In this document: one piece after another, positions 27,184 to 39,885 of the stretch | Layout of the letters: each line of letters starts with the position of its first letter | How positions within the stretch are numbered: position 1 is the first letter of the stretch | Assembly (NCBI GenBank): GCA_000004695.1 | Contig: CM000154.2 | Coordinates: forward strand, 1,536,001-1,600,000 | Length of the DNA: 64,000 nt | Direction: 5' to 3' | DNA from: Dictyostelium discoideum | Taxonomy: Eukaryota | The notes under the pieces: model-generated | The model's input: only the letters and a program-made list of their open reading frames with translations | Told to the model about the DNA's origin: nothing | Databases searched by the model: none | Translations under genes and position numbers: made by a program

Positions 27184-30066
27184 ATGATAAGATTGATTGG
27201 TTTCAACACCAAAAGATTTTATTCGTCTCTTAAAATAGCCCGAACTGAAAATAACACAATAACAAAATCATTTAAAAAATTAAATACTGACGACCCTTTA
27301 TATCAAAACTCTTATCAATCTTTATTAAAATTAATTCAAGAACAAAAAGAAATTAAATTAAATAATAATAATAATCCAAATAATAATAATATTAAAAATA
27401 AAGATAATTATTATAATAACAATAATGAAAATAAAAATGAAAATTTAAAATCAACATCATTAGAATTATTATTTGAAACAAATGATAAATTTAATTTTAA
27501 AAATATTAAAATATATAATTATGATATTGTATTAGTATCATTAAGAAAGAATGAACCAATATTAGGATTTGTAAAGAGTAATGGTGGTGGTGATGGTTCA
27601 TCAATGATTATACAATCTAAAAAAAAGGATCTGGTGGTTTCAGCTGAGGATGTATTACTTACAATACCAACATCACATCTTAGGGAGAATATAGATCAAT
27701 TATTTGATGAACTTTTAGAGAATTTAAAATTAATTTCTCAACATTATGGTTTACCAGATTCACCATTAAATAATATAAAATTTGATTTGGCAAAAACAGA
27801 TTTCAAAAAATTAAAAGATTCATTTAAAAGAATTAAACAACAACAACAACAAAAAAGATTAAATAAAGAAGATGAGGATAAACTATTTATAGAATTATTC
27901 CCAAAGATTGAAAGTGATCCATATTCTTTAGTTGCAAATATAATTGAATCAATTTTAACAAAGATTGTAAAGTCAGAACATTGGAAACAATTATCAGAAA
28001 ATGTTTATAATAATTTTAAGAAATTTAATCAAGAATCAACCACATCAAATGGTAAAATTTGGTCAGATCAACAAAAACATTATGATTATATTGAAGTTAA
28101 AAAAGTTACAGAGTATTTATTTGGTGGTGGTGGTGATAATAATAATAATTCATGGATTAATTTATTTCATCATTATTGTGTAATTGATATGTTATCATAT
28201 TATGATTCATTTTATTTATTTAATTCAGAATATTTTTATTGTCAAACTGAGAAATATATTGAAGATTATAAAGCTGATATTAAACAATTACAAGAATCAT
28301 CAACGATGGAAAAGAAAATATTTTTAAAATATGCATCACAATTACTGATGACATCGGATGACCAATCATTTAAACCAAATCTTTATATTCATGGTGATAA
28401 GAGTATTACAGATATTAATAAAATGGATCCATTATCAATACCTAAAGAGTTACAACAACCATTTGAATGTTTTAAAAGATTACTTTATACTCTATTAATA
28501 TTTTCAAATGATCATTCAGAATTTAGAGAAATCATATCAAAAGAATTAGTTTATCCAATTAAAATTTCAAGTAATTCACAAATTGAATACCTTTTACAAA
28601 AATTGGGTAAAATTAATTTAAACAAAGATAATTCATATTGTTTTTCAATTTTTGAAAATCGTTTAAAATTAATTGGTAATAGATTAATTGATCCACCAAA
28701 TCATTTAAATGATTTACCAATTGGTACTAAAGTAGATAAAAATGAAAATATATTATCAATAAATTCAATAATTGATAATGATGGTAGAATTATAATTAAT
28801 GATAAATCATTTGCAATTGATTCAGAGAGTACTAAAGATGTTGATGATGCAATTGGTTTAATTGATGAAGGTAATGGTGAATATTCAGTAATAGTTCATA
28901 TTGCAGATGTAACTGATATTGTCAAACCACATAGTGATCATGATAAATGGGGTCAATTTAAATCATCTTCAATTTATTTACCACATAAAACTTATTTCAT
29001 GTTACCAAATTCAATCACTAATCATCTAAGTTTATCACCAAATAAATCAAATAAATGTTTATCATTTCAATTCAAAGTTTCAAATAAAGGTGAAATTATA
29101 GATTATAAAATTTTCCCATCAATTGTAAATAATTTAATAAAAACAAGTTATAATAAAGTTGAAAATTCTTTATTAGATAGTAATAGTAGTAATAATAATA
29201 AAAATACAATTCATTCAATTGATGAAATTAAACAATTAAAGAAATTATTTGAAATTTCAACATTATTAAAAGAAAGAAGAGAAATTAATAAACCATATAG
29301 AATCGATTTACCATCAATTAAAATCAATGTTGATAATAATGGTTTAATTGATGTATGTCAAGATCAAAGAGAAAATGAAATTTCAAATCAATTAGTATCA
29401 GAATTTATGATTGCAACTGGATATATATCATCATTATTTGCAATTGAAAATGGTATTGATATTCCATACAGAGTTCAAAGTAAACCAGTGATTACTGGTG
29501 AATACGATCTCGAGAATGAGATTGAAAAATTACATCCAATAACATCGTTATTGGTTGCATCAAGAATCCAAGAATCTGGTGAGGTCTCAATTAGCAATAT
29601 TGGCCACCACTCATTGGCATTGGACAATTATACATGGGCAACCTCACCGATTAGACGTTATCCTGACATAATTGTGCATTCTCAAATTAAAAGTTTTTTA
29701 AAAAATAAAAATCAAGTTTACTCATATCAACATTTAAATAAAATTATACCAACTGTGAATAGAAATTTAATGGCAATTAAAAAATTACAAAGAAATATCG
29801 AGAAAGAATATCTTTTACATTATTTTTATAATCAACAAATTTTATATAAAAATAGAACCATTCAAAGACCAAAATATAGAGCTGTGATTCAATCATCTTC
29901 AAATTCAAAAAATGGTTCTGAACCATTATCAGTTTTCTTATTATTAGATTATGGTTTATTTGAAGTTTTTGTAAATGATGATATTCCAATTTCAGATAAT
30001 ATTTTCATTTTAACTACTTCTTTTAATTATAAAAATCAATTAGAATTTAAAGTATTAAATAAATAA
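27184..30066 (+). CDS. RNB-domain 3'-5' exoribonuclease (RNase II / Dss1-like), probably mitochondrial
   Basis: Catalytic RNB motifs: FAIDSESTKDVDDAIGLIDEGNGEYSVIVHIADVTDIV, and HHSLALDNYTWATSPIRRYPDIIVH. The N-terminus (MIRLIGFNTKRFYSSLKIARTE) looks like a mitochondrial presequence. Single 960-aa ORF with an Asn-rich insert. Confidence 0.8.
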   Translation: MIRLIGFNTKRFYSSLKIARTENNTITKSFKKLNTDDPLYQNSYQSLLKLIQEQKEIKLNNNNNPNNNNIKNKDNYYNNNNENKNENLKSTSLELLFETNDKFNFKNIKIYNYDIVLVSLRKNEPILGFVKSNGGGDGSSMIIQSKKKDLVVSAEDVLLTIPTSHLRENIDQLFDELLENLKLISQHYGLPDSPLNNIKFDLAKTDFKKLKDSFKRIKQQQQQKRLNKEDEDKLFIELFPKIESDPYSLVANIIESILTKIVKSEHWKQLSENVYNNFKKFNQESTTSNGKIWSDQQKHYDYIEVKKVTEYLFGGGGDNNNNSWINLFHHYCVIDMLSYYDSFYLFNSEYFYCQTEKYIEDYKADIKQLQESSTMEKKIFLKYASQLLMTSDDQSFKPNLYIHGDKSITDINKMDPLSIPKELQQPFECFKRLLYTLLIFSNDHSEFREIISKELVYPIKISSNSQIEYLLQKLGKINLNKDNSYCFSIFENRLKLIGNRLIDPPNHLNDLPIGTKVDKNENILSINSIIDNDGRIIINDKSFAIDSESTKDVDDAIGLIDEGNGEYSVIVHIADVTDIVKPHSDHDKWGQFKSSSIYLPHKTYFMLPNSITNHLSLSPNKSNKCLSFQFKVSNKGEIIDYKIFPSIVNNLIKTSYNKVENSLLDSNSSNNNKNTIHSIDEIKQLKKLFEISTLLKERREINKPYRIDLPSIKINVDNNGLIDVCQDQRENEISNQLVSEFMIATGYISSLFAIENGIDIPYRVQSKPVITGEYDLENEIEKLHPITSLLVASRIQESGEVSISNIGHHSLALDNYTWATSPIRRYPDIIVHSQIKSFLKNKNQVYSYQHLNKIIPTVNRNLMAIKKLQRNIEKEYLLHYFYNQQILYKNRTIQRPKYRAVIQSSSNSKNGSEPLSVFLLLDYGLFEVFVNDDIPISDNIFILTTSFNYKNQLEFKVLNK

Positions 30067-30142
30067 ATAAATAAATAATAATGGTTATGATTTTATTTTT
30101 TTTTTTTATTATTTTTATTTTATTTTTTATTTTTATTTATTT

Positions 30143-31891
30143 TTAAGGAATTAAAATCATTGATTCAGAATCATTATCTGGTTTTATATATGCTAATAAT
30201 TTTTCACCAAATAAATCAAAAAGTGATTGATATTGAATTTTTAAAGTTTTTAAAATATTTTCACGTGAAAACTCTGTTATGATTGGTAAAGAGATTGGTT
30301 GCTTTTTTGAAGTTGTATCATCTTTTAAATCTAAAACTGAGAGAATATTTTCACCTTCTGATACCCAAATTAAGAATTTACCAGTTGCATCTATGATTGA
30401 ATTTAAAACTCTATTGGCTTCCATTGATTTTATTGGATTTGATAAATTATTATTTAATTCTGGTTCCAAGAGTTTATAATATTTTGGTACATAAGGTAAT
30501 AATAAAAATTGTATAACATTTCTACCTAAACCTGATAAACCAACGATTGCACCATAATGAGTTGTTAAAGGTTTGGTTGTATCATGTAATGTTTGTACTA
30601 ATGTTTTGGTTATTCTACCTTGTAATGAACTATATACATCTCCAAATTTTCTACAAACAAATGATACCAATCTTGCTGCGAAATCTCTTAATTCCCAATG
30701 ATTCTCTGATGGTGAATTACATAATTTCTTACCAACTAAACATGTTAAAATTGATGGCATTAATTGATGTAACTTTTCAAAAAAATAAATAAAATTAATA
30801 TTAATATTAATGTTAAATAATTTATTTTTGTAAATATTATATGTTAATTAATATAAAACACATACATATAATTCAGGTTTTAAATGTTTACTTTCTAATA
30901 TTGCTTGAGCCATTTTCATTAATCTATTTAATAGTTCTAAATTTGTTAAATTTTGAGTAACTTGAACTGATATAAAATTTATAAAATAAGGTAATAATTG
31001 ATGAAGACTACTATCACTCTTTAAACTATGTAATGCAGCATCAAATAGTTTTTGATTATCACTTTTTACAGAGTTTGTGATTTTCTCATAAAACATTTGA
31101 ATTTCTTTTGATAATACATGTTTAACGGTTGGTTTGACAATGGTTGATGTATTTGAAGGTAATGTATGTATACCAGGTATTGATGGATCTTGTTTTTGTA
31201 AATTATTTCCACCCAATACTGTATTAATTCCATTTAATTGTGCCATACCATAAATCATATTACCATTGTTATTGTTACCATTGTTATTGTTATTATTATT
31301 ATTGTCACCACTTTTTTCATTACCTTTATTTTGTTGTGTTAATAATGCTTGTGCTTGTTGTTCCAATTGAAGTGCTTTCTCACTCTTGAATTTTTTATGT
31401 AAATTTTTATGATGTTCTTCAATTTCATAGGGTGATGGATTTTGAGGAATCAATGGTTGCACACCTTCCAATGCTAACCAATGTGCTGAAAGTGATGGAT
31501 CACGTGGTACCTTTGGTAACGGTTGTGATGCAATCTCTTGAAATGTCATCTCTTTATCATTTAAAAAATAGATGGCCTGTGTTGTTGTTGTGGTTTTTTG
31601 AAATTTTAATAAACTGTGATCATTGGCACTACAACTATAGCCATAGAGTTGCTCAATATTTCTTAAACCTAATGCATTGTTTATATCATCGGTTGAAAGG
31701 TGATCTCTTTTTGAATGTTTCATAAATTTAATCGCTTCTTGTGCAATCTCTCTAATTCTATATTCTACATCCGATGCTAATTGTTGTGCTATTTCATCTG
31801 GTAAATTTGAAATACCTGCTGATTCCGCTATAATTTTAATTGTATCATTTGGTAAAACTGACATCTTTAATTTAAATTTTCCATATATCAA
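30143..31891 (-). CDS. taf6: TFIID subunit TAF6, complement(join(30143..30772,30866..31891))
   Basis: N-terminal histone-fold region DTIKIIAESAGISNLPDEIAQQLASDVEYRIREIAQEAIKFMKHSKRDHLSTDDINNALGLRNIEQLYGY matches the TAF6 H4-like fold. Exon 1 ends ...KPELY|GTATGT (30865), acceptor AAAAG at 30773, phase 0. Exon 2 begins LHQLMPSILTCLVGKKL...HWELRDFAARLV, the conserved TAF6 HEAT region. Confidence 0.8.
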
Positions 31892-31937
31892 TCTATTAAT
31901 CTATCTTTTTTTTTCTACAAATACAACGCTAATTTTT

Positions 31938-31980
<43 letters not shown>

Positions 31981-32556
31981 AAATTTTTTTTTTATTTTTA
32001 TTTTTTTATTTATTTTTTTTTTATTTTATTTTTTTTTTTTTGATATTCCTAAAAATGGTGCTCAATTAACAAATAATTTTTCCAAAAAAAAAAAAAAAAA
32101 TTTAAATATTCATTGGTATAATTAATTTAATAAGTATAAAAACAATTCTAATGGAATTTAGATATTGAATAAAATAACAATATTTCATATCTTTTGTGTA
32201 TTTTTGAGTGCTCTATTTTTAAACACAAATTCATATTAATAATAATAATTATTGAAAAAAAAAAAAATGGTTTCATTTTTCAAGTGTCAAATTTGGGTAT
32301 TTTATTTTTTATTATTTATTTTTTTTTTGGAAAAATGGAAATGAGGTTAACATTTATTTTTAGAAACAATCTTAAAATAATAATAATAATAATAAAATAT
32401 AAAAAATAAAAAAATAAACAAATTAATTTTAAATTCAGAAAAGTTGTTCTTTGTATTTCATTGAATAATAAAAATATAATATAATGAAACTTCGGGTAAT
32501 TGTAAATTGTTTACAAAAGTGTCATGACAATGGTTAAATACCAGTTAGTTATGAGT

Positions 32557-32594
<38 letters not shown>

Positions 32595-33034
32595 TAAATT
32601 CAAGAAAATCAATTTAAAATACAACCTTTGATCAAATAAAAATAGAGAAAAAAAAATAAAAATAGAAAAAAAAGGAAAAAAAAAAAAAAAAAAAAAAAAA
32701 ATGAAAATAAAATAAAAAAAAATAAAATTTGAGTAATTTAAAAATTAAAAAAACCACACACACTGTGTGCTTGAAAATTAAAAAAAAAATAAAATAAAAA
32801 TTAAAAAAAAAAAAATAAAAATAAAAAAAAAAATAAAAAAAAAAAATAAAACAAAAGCAATAGTTCCACAACACACAGTAACAATAAAACTTTATTTATA
32901 TTTATATGTAACCAAATAAAAAAAAAAAGAAAAAAAAAATAAAAATTAAAAAAAAGAAAAAAAAAACAAATAAATAAATAAATAAAAAGTAAAAAGAAAT
33001 AGAAAGAGAGAAATAAAGAAAAGGAAATAGGAGT

Positions 33035-33439
33035 ATGGGTAATAATAGTAGTAGCTCTTATAAAAATAATAATAATAATAACAATAACAATAATAATAAT
33101 AATAATTCCAATGGTAATTTCAATAGTTTTCATACACCCATGCAATTGAATGGGACAAATTACACAAATCCAAAATGTAAAAGCAAAGAAGAGATTTTAT
33201 CAGTCCTAAATAAACAACCATTCCCAATAGCAGAAGAAATAAATGATTTAATTATATCATTGAGACAATCATTCTATGAAGGTCATATAGATACTCGACA
33301 ACTACTATCAAGATTAGAATACATTTTTTATGCATCTGAAGATTTTGAAAAAGTAAAATCATATTTTGTATCATTATCAAAACCAGTTTGTTGTAGTAGA
33401 GGTATGTTTTAATAAATTATTATTAAAAAAAAAAAAAAA

Positions 33440-33470
<31 letters not shown>

Positions 33471-33878
33471 ACAAATAATTAACATAGTTTTTTTTTGAAA
33501 AAAAAAAAAAAAAAGTATGGGGATCATCTTATGAAAATAAAGATACAAATAAAAATTTAAATTTTTTTTATAGATGTAAAACATGTGCATTATCACCAAA
33601 TTCAAGTATATGTTTTGAATGTTTTAAAGCAGGTCCACATGAAAGAGAGAAACATGATTATTCAATGAGTTTTGCATCCTATGGTGGATCATGTGATTGT
33701 GGAAGTTTGGATTCTTGGAAGAGAAGTGGATTTTGTTCGGAACATGAACATCCAGAAGTTGATTATTCACCATCTGGTGATATGGATAAATTACATTTAC
33801 TCACTACTCATTTAGTATTACGTCATATCTTATTAATCTTTTTAAATATAACTTTTGATCTTCATTCAAATAATAGTA

Positions 33879-33909
<31 letters not shown>

Positions 33910-33994
33910 TTTAACATCATTTACAACAAATACTACCACAACAACAACTACAACTACAACAACAACCACTTCTACATCTACGTCACCAACAAAG

Positions 33995-34042
<48 letters not shown>

Positions 34043-37000
34043 ATAACATTAAATACAATAGAAACAAAAGAAACAATTTCAATTAAAATTTTAAAATGGA
34101 TTAATGATATTGCACATGTTTCAAGATCAATATCACATGTATTATCAGAGGAATTGTGTTATCAATCATTGGATCCGATGTCATTAGATCCAAATAATAT
34201 TAAACCATTGATCTTTACATGTATGGAATATCAACTTGAATTAATTAAAAATTTACAACAACAACAACAAGAAGAAGAAGGACAAGAAGATGAAGAAAAA
34301 GAAAAAGATTCATTAAAATTAACAAATGAAGAAATTGAATTTTTAAAATTTGAATTTAAATTACCAAATGAATTTTCACCACCATTAAAAAGAATATTAT
34401 TTATTGAACAAAAGACAATTAGACAAGAGTATATGTTTATATTTTTATTCCTATTATGTGAACATACATTCAAATTTGGATTTTCACAATCGTATTTAAA
34501 TGTTTACAAGAGTTTATGTTACAAAGACACTGTGGATATATTGTTTAGATTCTCACCTCAAGTGTTTTCAGTTTGTTCAGTTAGTGAACAGTTTTCAATT
34601 GGAATGGAATTTGGTTTTTTGGATTGTATATTCGAATCGTTGTTCTTTCATTTACAAGCATCCGATAAGTTGGATAAGAATCATATTGCCATCGTATCCG
34701 ATTTAAAAACCATTCTACAACATAGGAATATAGCCCATCATATGATCTTTGAAAAGAGAAAGTATTTGAAATATTATATCAATTTGCTTCAAATTATTCA
34801 ATCCACAAGTAATGATATCAAAAGTGGTGGTATTGGTGGCGGTGGTGGCGATGAGCTCAATGATGAGGACTATTACTATCATCATAGTAACAACGACGGT
34901 ACCAACAATGGCGACTATCAAAGACGTTACATCGATACTCATATACCGTATGAAGATATCAATTGGATACAATTCTTTCAGATTGATACCGAGTTGAAGG
35001 ATATTTCAAACATTTTAATCGACTCTTTATCCACTCAAGACACATTGCAAGGCTTAAGAGATATGATTACTTTCATAGCGACTAATTTAATCACAGATCC
35101 ACAAATTCAAGAGTTACAGCCATACTACAATGTAATGGTTTCAAAGAAGGATATCTATTTGGGTGAGAAATCTATCACTACCACTCTACCCTTTCATCGT
35201 TTTTTGGGTGTAACCACTCATAAGGTCATCCAATTGTATAGTGGAATGGTGACAATTAAAGAGTTGCTTCCAATTGATTTCAATTGTTTTGCTTTCCTCT
35301 ATCCTTTGTTAAATGCTAATGTTTACACTCAACAAGTCAATTCCAATTATTGGGTTAGAAATGGTGATGTCAATGTAAAGAAGAAGGCATATGTTTACTC
35401 TTTGTTCTTTTTGGAAATGGATTTATCATTGATTCAAATGATCGCCTCTCTTATAAATGTAAACGATTTTTGTATTTTCACTTCAAAGGAGTTTGGTGCC
35501 CTCTTACCATACGGTTCAACCACTGTCATTGGAGGTAATGAGAAAAACAATTTATTTAGACCATCTTCAAATGTTTCACTCTCTTCCAATCATCATAGAT
35601 ATAGTCATTTCTTAAAGTTTATAATCGAGGTACTACAAGAACGTCTTTTCTTTATGACACCAGATCAACACACAAAATACACTTTGATTCAAATACTTTG
35701 TTCAAAACCAAAAACTCATAGTCAAATTGATTCCGTTATGAATTATGTTGAGCGTGAACTCAAGTATGAACATATTCTAAAGGAGATCTCTGATGAAATT
35801 CCACCTTCTGGTGATAATCCTACAAACTATAAAATGAAGAATGAATTTTGGAAGAATTTCAATCTCTACTATCCAATTTATACTCCTTATATTTTGGGTG
35901 AAGAATCACTTCAAGCATTTTTTGAATATAAAAAACAATTAAAAATTTCTTATCAAAATTCTTTACCAATGCCACCAAAATATGAAAATTTATCTTCAAT
36001 TGAATTTGAAAAATCATCACCATCATCATCGTCATCATCATCGTCATCATCATCATCATCGTCATCATCATCAACACCAAAAATAATAGAAGAATCTGTG
36101 GATGATAATTTTCCAACTACAACAACAACAACCACAACATCCACTGCAACTACTACAATCACAACTACAAATAATAATAATAATAATATTATTATTAAAA
36201 AAGATAATGATCAAATTAAATTCTTTGAAATTATGAATTCAGATTATTTACATTTTATGATTACAAATATTTTGTTATCATTCATTCAAGGTAGAGAAAC
36301 AAATGAAATTGGTTGTGGTATAAATGATGCATTTTATTTATTAGTTTTAATTTTAGAGAATAAAATTAAATTAAAATCATCATCGTCATCATCAACAACA
36401 ACAACAACAGAATTAATAAAAACTGAAATACCATGGACAATTTTAGATCAACCATTAAATTCATTTTCAACTTATGGTGATGCAATTTTATGTATACTTC
36501 AAAAGTTTAATTTCTTTGGTATTGGTAGATCAACATTAGATGTTTTGTTAGAGTATTATCAAGAATCTTATACCAATAATATTTATTTAGATAAAAAGGA
36601 ATACATTGATAAATGTTTATCAATACTTTATAATATTGATGAATCTATAGCAAAAAGAATAAAAACAAGATCACCAACTTTTTCACCAATTAAAAATTTA
36701 TCACTAAATAGTGATGGTAGCGTCATTTCTTCAAATGATGATAATAGTAACAGCAACAACAACAACAACAACAACAACAACAGCAATAATAATGGTGGTA
36801 ATCAAAATAATAATCAAAATAATAATAGCAATGAAGATGATGGTGATGAAAATAATAGTGGTAAACGTGATAATGAAAAGAAATTAAAGGATGCAAAGAA
36901 ACGTCAAGCTGAAATTATGGCAAAATTTGCAAAACAACAAACTCAATTCCTTCAAAATGTAGATGATTTAGGTTATGATGAAGATGACGATGAAATGGAT

Positions 37001-37672
37001 TATAGCTATAGCGCGCATAATAGTGGTAAAAAGAATAAACAAACTCCAATTTCATCACCTGGAAAAACCACTTCCACCACTGCAACATCTTCACCATCAC
37101 CATTTGTTAATAGTAGTAGTAGTAGTAATGGATTTGAATCAATTTCAAAGAGTAAAGAAATATTCAATGATAATATAAAGAATCAAAGTTGTGTATTGTG
37201 TTATGAATCTCATATTAGTGATTCTGATCCATTATCATTGATCTCATTCCTTCAACCAAGTAAAATGATAGCATACTCCAAGTGTCAATACGTTGAAAGA
37301 AAGTACCCCGAATTAACAAAGTATGATTTCTTTGTTGGTAGTGAACCAACCTATTACAATTTCCCACAAAAGAGAGATATGAATACTTTAAACTATATGT
37401 CATCATTACACATTCGTAGTTGTGGTCATTATATTCATAAGAAATGTCATTCAATTTACTTTTTAAAGGTACTCACTCAAGAACAGGATGAAAACTTTAA
37501 ACCATCTCTCAAGGAATTCTTATGTCCATTATGTAGAAGAGTTGCTAATATCATTATGCCAACCTATACTGAATCATCAGTGACATGTTCTCCAATCATC
37601 TCTTATTTTGATATTACCAATAGTACTAATAATAATAATAATAATTCAAATAATAATCTAAATAATAATCTA

Positions 37673-37703
<31 letters not shown>

Positions 37704-38048
37704 GTAATAGTAATAATAATAATATTAGTGGTAGCAATGGTTTAACAAATAGTAATGGTATTGGAAGTAGTAGTAATAGTGTTAACAATAGTCCAAATTT
37801 TGGTGGTAATGCCAATAATCTATCTATTTGGGTCGATTCATTAAAAAAGAGATTAAAAGATTTAGTAGTCATTGAACCAAGAAGTAAACTATTTTTCTCT
37901 GATTGGTTATCAACTTTAATACCTTCAATGATTGAAGGTATTACACCATGGGTACTTTATCAAATTGTTTCAAAAAATATTGAATTTTTAGAATTAGCTT
38001 CAAGATTAGTTGAATTATCACCATCATCATCATCAAATAATAATAATA

Positions 38049-38124
<76 letters not shown>

Positions 38125-39345
38125 GACAACATATCCAATTGGAAATGAATTATTTAGTAGAGATATGTTAACAATTCATACATTATTTAATTTAATTGGT
38201 TCATTAAATCAATCTTCAATTGATAGTAAATTTAAAGAAAGATTAGTTGATATAATCAAAGGTAAATCTGGATCAATTTTATCGGTTGATCCATTTTCAT
38301 TATTCATTGTTTTAGTTTCAATATTGGGTACACCAACAAATCAAGATGTTGAAATCATTACAACTTTGGTTTTAAATTTATTCATTACTCAATTTTATTT
38401 AACAAATTTATATTTAGAAAAAGGTATTAATTTATTAATTAAATTATTGTTTAATATAATTTATAAAACAACTAACATATTTCATAATATTATTTTTTTT
38501 TTTTTTTTTTTTTTCATTAAATTTTAGAAATTAATAAAAAACAAGTTAAATCAATATCACAAATTTTTCAACAAACATATACAGCAGCATCAACATCAAC
38601 ATTAAGAATGAAATATGAAGATAGATTAAAGAAAGTTATGGAACCATTAGCAAGATGTTTGTACATTGCATATCAATTCTTACAACCACCTCAAATTAGT
38701 GGTGATGGTATAAACTATATAAACAGAGAAGACCTTACCAATAAGGAAAAGATTTACTCAAGATTAGGTATAAATTCAATGGAAGAAATAGTCAATAGAG
38801 CATTATTTAACAATCCATACTTGAGTCAATGGTTATCACAAATGGAGAGTAAGAAAGTGGATCCATTCTTTATTGTAGAATATAGACGTCCAAAATTCAT
38901 AACACTTCCAGAGAGTTTTGAAGACTTTTTCGTTTCAAGTGCCCAAAGAGAATGTATGAATTGTAAGACTAAACCAGAGTTTTCTGCAGTTTGCTTACTT
39001 TGTAATCAATTGGTATGCTCTCATAGGAGCGAATGTTGTAATGATGATGATAAACATTATAACATATCCGAAGGCTATAAACATACTTTGAAATGTGGCA
39101 GTTTTAAGGTTGGTTTCTTTTTAGAAACTAAAGCTCCTCGAATCGATATCCTACGTGATCATAGAAAGAGTATTTTTAATAATGGTTACCTCGATCAATA
39201 TGGTGAATCCGATCCAACTTTGGATCGTGGTAAACCATTATTAAGAAATGATAATAACTTTCAAGATCTTTGGAATTGTTGGATTACTCATTCAATTGAG
39301 GATCGTTTCCTTTCAAACTCAACACTTTCTTCTAGAACTTTTTAA
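33035..39345 (+). CDS. UBR-box N-recognin E3 ubiquitin ligase (UBR1/2-like), join(33035..33401,33516..38423,38528..39345), about 2030 aa
   Basis: The UBR box is split by a phase-1 intron (G|GTATGT at 33402, acceptor AAG at 33515). The spliced sequence is VCCSRVWGSSYENK...YRCKTCALSPNSSICFECFKAGPHEREKHDYSMSFASYGGSCDCGSLDSWKRSGFCSEHEH. A RING-like region follows (CVLCYESH...SCGHYIHKKCHSIYF...FLCPLCRRVANIIMP). A second intron (G|GTATTA at 38424, acceptor TTTTAG at 38527) joins the C-terminal UBR autoinhibitory domain (CMNCKTKPEFSAVCLLCNQLVCSHRSECC...GYLDQYGESDPTLDRGKPLL). Long polyN/polyS/polyT tracts lie inside. Confidence 0.8.
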
Positions 39346-39451
39346 ATATATAAATATATAAAAAAAAAATAAAAATAAAAAATAAAAAAAAAATAAAAAA
39401 AAAAATTAGATTTTTTTTTTTGGAAGTGTTTATTAAAAAAGTTTAAAAATA

Positions 39452-39484
<33 letters not shown>

Positions 39485-39885
39485 TATTTTTTTTTTTTAA
39501 AAAATAGTTAATTAAAAAAAATATAAAGAAGAATATCCAAAATCACCAAAAACCCACCCATAAAAAAAAACATATGAGCTAACCTATTAAAGCTCGAAAT
39601 TTATTCATATATCTTGAAAAATAATATTCTTTTTTTTGATAGTCAAATGATGGGGTTGTGCAAAAAAAAAAAAAAATAAAAAAAATAAAAAATAAAAAAT
39701 ATCTTCATCAAATGTTTTATTAGAATTATTATTTTAAAATCTTTTTTTCCCACATTAAACTTCACATTCGCACTTAAAAAAACTAAACAATGTCCACCTT
39801 TATTTTAATTTTTTTTTTTTTTTTTTTTTAACTTCACTATTTAAACTTTAATTTTATTATAATTATTTAATAAAGTTTCAAAAAA

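Noticed and set aside
39556-39700. DUSE-like motif ACCCATAA, suggesting a Pol III/ncRNA gene downstream
   Set aside because: Nothing downstream has class I RNA, snRNA or snoRNA features. The motif lies in a promoter-like C/A-rich island, so it is reported only as a possible regulatory element.
39694-39712. 16-mer AAAATATCTTCATCAA shared with 48690..48707
   Set aside because: A single short match in AT-rich DNA with no extended flanking similarity; most likely chance.
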